IMG/VR virus record: IMGVR_UViG_3300016484_000878
Coordinates: 1 to 41,778 of that record
DNA length: 41,778 bases
Reading direction: 5' to 3' (one strand)
From: a virus
Shown: piece after piece, positions 7,575 through 13,783 of the stretch
How the letters are laid out: the number at the start of each line of letters is the position of its first letter
Position numbering within the stretch: position 1 is the stretch's first letter
Position numbers and translations under genes: made by a program
Notes under the pieces: model-generated
Told to the model about the DNA's origin: nothing
The model's input: the letters and a program-made list of their open reading frames with translations, nothing else
The model's database searches: none

Positions 7575-7584
7575 CTAGATTCTC
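7572..7584. promoter_or_regulatory. Face-to-face divergent -10 elements (plus TAGATT 7576..7581; minus GAGAAT 7579..7584)
   Basis: The plus strand reads gtgcTAGATT followed by exactly 6 nt and then ATG 7588 (leaderless). The minus strand reads gtGAGAATcta and points toward gene 7318..7533. Confidence 0.55.
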
Positions 7585-7587
7585 ACC

Positions 7588-7770
7588 ATGAGTGATAACG
7601 AGAGTGGACAGCATACGCCCGAGCGTCCCGTGAGGACGGCGGCGGCCACCCGCGGGAAGATGCGCGCCAGCGAGAACAGAATGGCGGCCAGGCTCGAAGA
7701 ACGCGGGTGGGTGTGCCTTCCGCCAGAGGTGGCCGAGCGCGGGCGTGCACTACTGGCTGAGACGAAGTGA
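7588..7770 (+). CDS. Small basic protein from a leaderless mRNA (possible regulator)
   Basis: 60 aa. The ATG lies 6 nt after the -10 with no SD. G/C-rich third codon positions. Followed by hairpin 7768..7800. Confidence 0.65.
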   Translation: MSDNESGQHTPERPVRTAAATRGKMRASENRMAARLEERGWVCLPPEVAERGRALLAETK

Positions 7771-7800
7771 AGGGCATGAGCGCACCGCCCATGCCCTTCA
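7768..7800 (+). terminator. Hairpin (11-bp stem) overlapping the stop codon; attenuator or terminator candidate
   Basis: tgaagggcatg-11 nt-catgcccttca. There is no U-tract. Confidence 0.4.
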
Positions 7801-7845
7801 CCGACCCTGCAACCATCCACCCTCGCCGAGAAGAGTAACACGAAT

Positions 7846-10176
7846 ATGGACAAAGACGTTGCACTGAAGTGGCTGACGTGGCTCTACGGGGAGGCGTTCG
7901 AGGGCGGACTGTGGATCGGCGGGCATCTCGACGGCTTCAAAGGGCAGGTGTTCGACGGCGCCTACGCGCTCGAACGCGCGGTGGAGTACGCCGCAGCGCT
8001 CGACGACGCGGGCGCTGGGCACGAGATGGCCGGCGTGTATCACAGGCTCACGACGATGCGTGAGGTGGACGGTGGGCGCGGGAAGGTAGAGGACTCGGTC
8101 CTGTTGCCGGCGTTCGCCATGGACCTCGACATCCGCGGGCCGGGGCACAAGGCGGAGAACTACCCGGCGGACGAAGCGACGCTGCGCTCCCTGCTGGCCG
8201 ACGCGGGAGTGGTGGAGCCCTCGACGTGGGTGAACTCGGGCGGGGGGCGATACGCGTTCTGGAAGCTGGACGCGCCGGCGCCCGTCTGGGATGCCGACGT
8301 GCGCGCGGCGATGATGGAGCGCTCGGCCAGACTGCACGCCGGCGTCATCGCGGTGGCGAAGTCGCTCGGGCTGAAGGTGGACAACACGCGGGACCTCGCG
8401 CGCGTCTACCGCCTGCCGGGGACCACCAACCGCAAACCCGGTTGCGCGCCCGTCACGGCCACGTGGACGGGCGCGGACGGCGCCAGGACGTATCTGGCCA
8501 GCCAGGTGGAGGCGACGCGTCACCCGACGACTCAATCCGTCTCTTGGGCGGAGGCCGTGGAGTCTTCGCAGCGAGATTTCCGCGAGATCGAAGCGCGGCG
8601 CGATGCGCTCAACGTTCCCGCGTTCGACCTTCAGGGCGGGATGGCAGGGCTGTTCGGCCAGGCGCGAGCGCACGACCCCGCAGAGGCGCGCGGCTTCACG
8701 GTGGCTCAGGCGATGGCGTTCGTTCGGCCGGCGCTCGACGCGCTGCGCGGCGCCGCCGACGGAGAGATCAACGTCCGGTTGAACGAGGCGGCGTGCGCGC
8801 TGGCGCACTTCGGCCCGGAGTTCTGGGACGAGGCGGCGGCTGATCGTCAGCTCGATGCCGCACTCGCCTGCACGATGTACGACGGGCTGACGTGGCAGGC
8901 GGCGGACACGATCGCGTCGGCTAGGCGCGCCATGGCGTCGGACTGGCGGGCGCTGCTCATTCCTGAGCCCGCGGCAGCGCTCGACGCTGCGGTGGCGATG
9001 GCGCCGGTGGATGAGGTCGATGCGCTGCTGGCCGAGATGCTTTCGCTCGACGAGATTGTCAGTCGGCCGGCGCCGAAGTTCCTCATCCACGGCCTGTTGC
9101 AGCTTGACAGCGAGTCGTGGCTGATTGGGCCACCCGGCTCGAAGAAGAGCTTCGTCGTGCTCGACATGGCGGCGCGCATCATCCGCGGCGAACCCTGGCA
9201 GGGGCGGCGTACCAATCCCGCCGACGTCGTGATGATCGTGGCCGAGGGCGCAGGTGGAGCGGGCAAGAGGGCGGACGCGTGGCAGCGGCGGTACGGGAAG
9301 GTGGGCGACGGCTTGTTCGTGCTCCCACGGCCTGTTCAGGCCGCGGACACGGCCAGATGGGGCGTGCTGGTGCGTGCGTGCGCCCGGCTGGCGGACTCGG
9401 CCAGGGAGCGCGGGCGGGGGCTGTTCGTCATCCTCGACACTCAGGCGCGTGTCACCGTAGGCCTGAAGGAGAACGACGCGACGGACATGGGCATCTTCGT
9501 GTCGGCCATCGGGGCGATCCGCGCGGCCACCGGCGGGTGCGTGCTGGCCGTCCACCACACAGGGCGAGCGGGCGGAGACGCGCGAGGCTCGTCGGCGATC
9601 GACGGCGCGCAGACCACCGAGCTCAAGGTGACGGCCAGCGGGAAGCTGACGGGCAAGCTCTCGATCGAGAAACAGAAGGACATCGAGGAGATCGAGCCCA
9701 TTCGTATCGCCTTCGAAGTGATCGAGCTGGGGGTGGATGCGGACGGAGAGCGGCTGACGTCGCTCGTGCTGGCCGAGCAGGATTCGACGGCGTTCAGGCT
9801 CGCGTGGGCCGGCGGCGAGGCCGGCGCGGAAGTGACCCAGGAAGCCCCGTTCAAGGAGCGCGTCGAGTGCGAGGCGTGGATCGTGGCGCGCCGCCCGGCC
9901 AGAGGGCAGGCGCCGGTCAATGAATGGTGGGTCATGCAAGCGCTCGTGGACACGGCCAGGACCACGGGGCTGACGCAGTCCGAGGTTCACGCCATCGTCG
10001 AAGAGAAGCGCGGGAAGGTCGACAAGACGACGTTCAAGCGTGCATGGCAGAAGGTCACCGAGGATGGCGGGGCATGGGCGGACGTCGTGATCAGTGCCGG
10101 CGGGCAGCGTTGGACAGTCGATCCAATGGCCGTGGAGTCGGCCAGGGAGGCGGCCGAAAGGGGCGCTGAAGACTAG
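7846..10176 (+). CDS. Bifunctional DNA primase-polymerase / RepA-DnaB-like helicase
   Basis: The N-terminal Prim-Pol motifs are AMDLDI, SGGGRYAFW and RLPGTTNRK. The C-terminal P-loop is LIGPPGSKKSF with RecA-like strands. Confidence 0.85.
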   Translation: MDKDVALKWLTWLYGEAFEGGLWIGGHLDGFKGQVFDGAYALERAVEYAAALDDAGAGHEMAGVYHRLTTMREVDGGRGKVEDSVLLPAFAMDLDIRGPGHKAENYPADEATLRSLLADAGVVEPSTWVNSGGGRYAFWKLDAPAPVWDADVRAAMMERSARLHAGVIAVAKSLGLKVDNTRDLARVYRLPGTTNRKPGCAPVTATWTGADGARTYLASQVEATRHPTTQSVSWAEAVESSQRDFREIEARRDALNVPAFDLQGGMAGLFGQARAHDPAEARGFTVAQAMAFVRPALDALRGAADGEINVRLNEAACALAHFGPEFWDEAAADRQLDAALACTMYDGLTWQAADTIASARRAMASDWRALLIPEPAAALDAAVAMAPVDEVDALLAEMLSLDEIVSRPAPKFLIHGLLQLDSESWLIGPPGSKKSFVVLDMAARIIRGEPWQGRRTNPADVVMIVAEGAGGAGKRADAWQRRYGKVGDGLFVLPRPVQAADTARWGVLVRACARLADSARERGRGLFVILDTQARVTVGLKENDATDMGIFVSAIGAIRAATGGCVLAVHHTGRAGGDARGSSAIDGAQTTELKVTASGKLTGKLSIEKQKDIEEIEPIRIAFEVIELGVDADGERLTSLVLAEQDSTAFRLAWAGGEAGAEVTQEAPFKERVECEAWIVARRPARGQAPVNEWWVMQALVDTARTTGLTQSEVHAIVEEKRGKVDKTTFKRAWQKVTEDGGAWADVVISAGGQRWTVDPMAVESAREAAERGAED

Positions 10177-10187
10177 TCGCGTGAGCA

Positions 10188-10439
10188 GGGGGCGCAAATA
10201 GGGGGCGCATTCCGAATGCGCCCCCCAATGCGCCCCCTGACGCATGACTAGGGTTTTGAGCTGAATGCGCCCCCAATGCGCCCCCCAATGCGCCCCCTGC
10301 TTGACCTGGGAAAACTCTTATGCGCCCCCAATGCGCCCCCAATGCGCCCCCTGGTCTAGTGACTATACAGCAATTGAATGCGCCCCCCCCACCCCCTCTC
10401 TCCTGAGGGAGAGGGGGGGGGCGCATAGCTCGGCGCATT
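10188..10439. repeat. Iteron array: 11-bp unit AATGCGCCCCC (9 direct, 3 inverted, 1 partial); candidate origin of replication
   Basis: Direct copies start at 10215, 10227, 10264, 10275, 10287, 10319, 10330, 10341 and 10377. Inverted copies start at 10188, 10201 and 10413. A partial copy is at 10432. The region is non-coding. Confidence 0.8.
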
Positions 10440-10501
10440 GGGTTCGAAAGGTTTACTCGTGACTAGTGGGGAGTGAGGTTGCGTTGAGGAATCTGAGCGT
10501 G

Positions 10502-10507
10502 TAGAAT
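10502..10507 (+). promoter_or_regulatory. -10 element TAGAAT upstream of gene 10554
   Basis: gcgtgTAGAAT, with a 46-nt leader carrying SD GAGGGGCGAA. Confidence 0.5.
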
Positions 10508-10553
10508 CAGTCGTGTACGAAGCGATGACACGAATCAACGAGGGGCGAATGAG

Positions 10554-10793
10554 ATGACGAAGATCGAGCAGATGCGTAAGGCGCTCTCCCCGCTGGCGCT
10601 GGCCGACCTGGCGACGCAGGGCGGCGAGTACCCGGGGTTCGTCGTGCAGATCAACCCCGCCCGGCCGGACAGGGCTCGCGCTCTGGCCGAGCTTCGCGTC
10701 CACGGTGTCGTCGGCCCGAACGACGGACTCACGATCATCGGGTCGGGTCTCGTGGCGCGGCTGAAGGCGGAGTTGCTCGACGCGCTCTTCTGA
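10554..10793 (+). CDS. Hypothetical protein
   Basis: 79-aa ORF with SD GAGGGGCGAATGAG before the ATG. Confidence 0.78.
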   Translation: MTKIEQMRKALSPLALADLATQGGEYPGFVVQINPARPDRARALAELRVHGVVGPNDGLTIIGSGLVARLKAELLDALF

Positions 10794-10864
10794 GATGCCC
10801 CACGCGCCCGCTGTGACGGCTCTGGCCGGTCCGGCGGGCGCGGTTGCATGGGAAGGGAGGGGTG

Positions 10865-11140
10865 ATGGTTTCCAGCTCGCCAGCGTCGCGCTGGTCGGGA
10901 AAGCATGGGTACGGGGGCGGGAAGCGGCGCTTCGCGCGTCGTTTCAAGATCGCGTATGCGAATCAGGGCGCAGCGATCGATCAGGCTGTGTTGATGGATC
11001 TCAAGCACGGCGTGGCGTTCGATGCGTATCCGTGCCGATGGGGCAACAACTATCGGGACGGCGAGGTTTTTGCTGTACACTGGCACGTAGGCAGAGTGAA
11101 AGAACCGAGGGGCGATGACGAAACAGACATTGACGAATGA
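10865..11140 (+). CDS. Hypothetical protein (start 10862 to 10865; track start 10844)
   Basis: GGGAGGGG lies just upstream of GTG 10862 and ATG 10865. Confidence 0.65.
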   Translation: MVSSSPASRWSGKHGYGGGKRRFARRFKIAYANQGAAIDQAVLMDLKHGVAFDAYPCRWGNNYRDGEVFAVHWHVGRVKEPRGDDETDIDE

Positions 11141-11624
11141 GACGTCGGTACGGATCGAGGTGATCGGCCGGCCGCGCACCAAAGGCTCGCTCGAACCCGT
11201 GCACGTTCGCGTGGCGCCGGGCAAGTGCCGCGTGTCGCTCAAGGAATCCGGCGTGTACTCGGTGGCGTGGAAGAAAGAGATGATCCGCGCCATCAAGAGC
11301 GAGTGCTACTGCGAGCGCTTCGAGAGTGCTGTCGTCGTCGACACGTTCTTCAGGTTCGAGAATTTGTGCGAGCCCGATCAGGCGATGCCCTGGCCGACTC
11401 GCGCGGCCGGCGAATTCGCGCACGGGGATGAGGACAAGCTTCGGCGCAACGCGCTCGACGCGCTCACTCAGTCGGGGCTGATTCTCGACGACGCGCTCGT
11501 GATCGGTGGGTTTCCGTTCAAGCGCTGGTGCCTTGAAGGCGAACACCCTGGCGTGCTCATCAAGGTGCGCGCCGCAACCGAGCACGATCTCCAGATCGTG
11601 TACGCGATGGAGCGCCTCCCGTGA
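11115..11624 (+). CDS. rusA: RusA-like Holliday junction resolvase
   Basis: GRPRTKGS near the N-terminus and the acidic catalytic region GDEDKLRRNALDALTQSGLILDDALV. Confidence 0.75.
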   Translation: MTKQTLTNETSVRIEVIGRPRTKGSLEPVHVRVAPGKCRVSLKESGVYSVAWKKEMIRAIKSECYCERFESAVVVDTFFRFENLCEPDQAMPWPTRAAGEFAHGDEDKLRRNALDALTQSGLILDDALVIGGFPFKRWCLEGEHPGVLIKVRAATEHDLQIVYAMERLP

Positions 11625-12415
11625 GCGCCATCGAATTCGAGATCGAGGAAGAGGAACGCCTCATCCCGATCGATCGCTCCCACCTGATGTGGGGGCGGTG
11701 CCGGTGTGGAGCGTCGGCGCTCGTGGCTCCGGGGCGGCGAGCGCGGTGCTCGGTGTGCGCCCTGGCCGATGCCGGGCGCGCCGTCGAGCCGGCTCCCGTG
11801 GACTGGTTGCCGAAGCTCGGGCAGGGGTTTCATCCGCGCCTGGCGGCGGAGCGGGAGGCGTTCCCGGCGCCGGAGGTGACATCGCGGGATCCGTGGGACG
11901 GCGATGGGTGCCCGTCGCCCGTGCTGAAACTCGCTCAGAAGGCGCGTGAGGCGTCGTGGAGCGTGAGGGTACAGCGGAGTAGGGGTAGCGCCCCCCATGC
12001 CACCACGGGCCACCCTGGGGCAGTCAAATGGCGGTATGCGCTCGTGCTGTCGAGGGCGGACGGTGCCTGGAGCGCGTATGCGGTGCATGACGGCGCGTCG
12101 TGGGCGTCGGTGATGCTCTGGGGGGCGTCGCGGGCATGGTTCCCGCTCGCCTCGGTCACGGATCTGGCCGAGTACGTGGCCGCGGGCGGCGAGATGCCTG
12201 AGTCGTGGTACGCCGGCATCCGTGAGCGGGTGGCGGGCGCGGACGAGCGGCGCAAGCTCCGGGTGAAGTGCGATCGTGGGGAGCATGGCGACACTGAGTT
12301 CTTCGGCATGCCGAGTCCTCAGACGATCACGTGCAACATCTGCGGGAACTCGTGGGTGATGGGCGATGAGCCGTGGCGCAAGGTGAAGACGGGGACGAGG
12401 GAGGGGATGGCGTGA
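11621..12415 (+). CDS. Hypothetical protein with two zinc-ribbon-like Cys pairs
   Basis: 264 aa. The Cys motifs are CRC...CSVC near the N-terminus and CNIC near the C-terminus. ATGA-type coupling to neighbours. Confidence 0.75.
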   Translation: MSAIEFEIEEEERLIPIDRSHLMWGRCRCGASALVAPGRRARCSVCALADAGRAVEPAPVDWLPKLGQGFHPRLAAEREAFPAPEVTSRDPWDGDGCPSPVLKLAQKAREASWSVRVQRSRGSAPHATTGHPGAVKWRYALVLSRADGAWSAYAVHDGASWASVMLWGASRAWFPLASVTDLAEYVAAGGEMPESWYAGIRERVAGADERRKLRVKCDRGEHGDTEFFGMPSPQTITCNICGNSWVMGDEPWRKVKTGTREGMA

Positions 12416-12624
12416 GTAAGGGGAACGTTGAATTCGTCGGTGGTCCGAAGTGCGGGACTGTGGCGCGTGGATACGTCGGCATGCCGGAGACGCTGACGGA
12501 TTGGCATGACGGGGACGTCGTCACGTATCGACGGCGTGACGTCGGTGCGCCTGAGGCCGCGCGCCCGATGGTGAGTGCGGGAGGTAACCGCATGTACGAC
12601 TTCGAGCGGGTGGCGTCGGCATGA
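12412..12624 (+). CDS. Hypothetical protein
   Basis: GTG 12412 in a GTGA overlap with the upstream stop; 70 aa. Confidence 0.65.
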   Translation: MSKGNVEFVGGPKCGTVARGYVGMPETLTDWHDGDVVTYRRRDVGAPEAARPMVSAGGNRMYDFERVASA

Positions 12625-13064
12625 GTCGCTTCGTCAGGCGTGACATCGAGATCTACGAGCGTCACATGCGCGGTGAGCGTACGAGTGATCTCGCGCGTGA
12701 GTATTCGCTGAGCGATTCTCGCATCTCGCAGATCGTCGCTGAGGTGGCGCGCAACATGCCTGAGGTGGACATCAGCCACCTTCGTGCGCTGTCGGCAGAC
12801 CGTCTCGAATTCATGCAGGAAAAGGTTTTAGAGCTTATTTCGATGCCCGGTGCACCGACGTTCACGCAGCGTGGCGATCAGCTGATCGATGCCGACGGCA
12901 ATGCCGTGCTGGATTACTCGCTGCGGTTGAGGGCTCTGGCCGAGCTGCGTGCCATCAATACCACGTTCGGCAAGCGGTTCGGGCTCGACGCGCCGACGCA
13001 GTCCGAGGTCAAGGCGACGGTCAACTATGAGGTTGTGGGTGTTGATCCGGAGGCGATGACGTGA
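12621..13064 (+). CDS. HTH DNA-binding protein, possible small terminase subunit
   Basis: The N-terminal sigma-70 region-4-like HTH is TSDLAREYSLSDSRISQIVAEV. The position upstream of terL fits, although four small ORFs intervene. Confidence 0.45.
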   Translation: MSRFVRRDIEIYERHMRGERTSDLAREYSLSDSRISQIVAEVARNMPEVDISHLRALSADRLEFMQEKVLELISMPGAPTFTQRGDQLIDADGNAVLDYSLRLRALAELRAINTTFGKRFGLDAPTQSEVKATVNYEVVGVDPEAMT

Positions 13065-13180
13065 TCGGCGGACTGATACCTCTCATTCAATTCGGGCGTC
13101 ATCGATATGTCACTGAGACCTCATGGCATATCGAAATCACGTGGCTTCGCGCCCGCTTCACGCTTGAGGTGACGCGATGA
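13061..13180 (+). CDS. Possible 39-aa ORF (weak)
   Basis: GTGA and ATGA coupling on both sides, but an AT-rich patch with poor codon usage. It may be non-coding. Confidence 0.25.
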   Translation: MIGGLIPLIQFGRHRYVTETSWHIEITWLRARFTLEVTR

Positions 13181-13260
13181 AGCGTGACGGGTGGATCGAC
13201 GCGCTTATCGTTCTGGCGATCATCGCGCTCGTGTTCATTGGTCTTTGGTGGACGGCGTGA
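13177..13260 (+). CDS. Possible 27-aa single-TM peptide
   Basis: MKRDGWIDALIVLAIIALVFIGLWWTA, with an ATGA overlap to the upstream ORF. Confidence 0.35.
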   Translation: MKRDGWIDALIVLAIIALVFIGLWWTA

Positions 13261-13292
13261 TACGATGACGGCAGATTAACGAGAGGGGCGAG

Positions 13293-13499
13293 ATGAGCGA
13301 GCACTGGAACGTGCAGATCAAAATCCAGCGGGTGACGAACGAGCGCGTCGATCGCGGTCCGCTGAACGCGGCGGCGAATGAGCGGAACATCGTCGAGGTT
13401 CTGTCGCTGGCCGTCGTGGCGGACGACGAGCGTGAGGCCTACGAGAAAGCGATGCGCCTGATGAAGGCGAACGCGCCATGGGCGATGGGTGCCGAGTGA
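13293..13499 (+). CDS. Hypothetical protein
   Basis: 68 aa. SD GAGAGGGGCGAG, with a possible -10 TGATACGAT at 13258..13266. Confidence 0.75.
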   Translation: MSEHWNVQIKIQRVTNERVDRGPLNAAANERNIVEVLSLAVVADDEREAYEKAMRLMKANAPWAMGAE

Positions 13500-13783
13500 T
13501 GGCGAAGGTGATGCTCGCTGGCGAGATGGCCGATCTCAACGGTCCGATCAACACGGCTGTCAAGGCATGGTTGGTTGGGCAGGGGTTCGATCTGAATGAT
13601 GTGCGCGGCTACACGCTGACGTACGACGCGAACGACGTCATGACGATCGATATCCGCATGTACATGACCGACGAAGTGCCGGCGCCGAAGCTGCGCAAAT
13701 ACTGCGCAGCTTGCGTCGAGCGATGCGAGACCGGCCACGATCCATGCTTGACGGAATCGGGCGATTGTGCAGCCTATTCGTAA
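13499..13783 (+). CDS. Hypothetical protein
   Basis: ATG 13499 in a TGATG overlap; 94 aa, with a Cys-rich C-terminus. Confidence 0.7.
   Translation: MAKVMLAGEMADLNGPINTAVKAWLVGQGFDLNDVRGYTLTYDANDVMTIDIRMYMTDEVPAPKLRKYCAACVERCETGHDPCLTESGDCAAYS

Noticed and set aside
7798-10245. 815-aa minus-strand ORF covering the whole primase-helicase gene
   Set aside because: It is a classic high-GC shadow ORF in antisense codon register. It is extremely Arg/Pro/Leu/His-rich, has no SD and no motifs, and the plus-strand frame carries clear Prim-Pol and P-loop motifs.
10188-10439. Possible CRISPR array
   Set aside because: The repeats are only 11 bp. Many are directly abutting with no spacers, the orientations are mixed, and no cas genes are present. 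This fits iterons, not CRISPR.
10265-10462. 65-aa ORF MRPQCAPQCAP... and the opposite ORFs 10091..10438 and 10356..10703
   Set aside because: They are artefacts of translating the 11-bp iteron array. The periodic peptide simply mirrors the DNA repeat.
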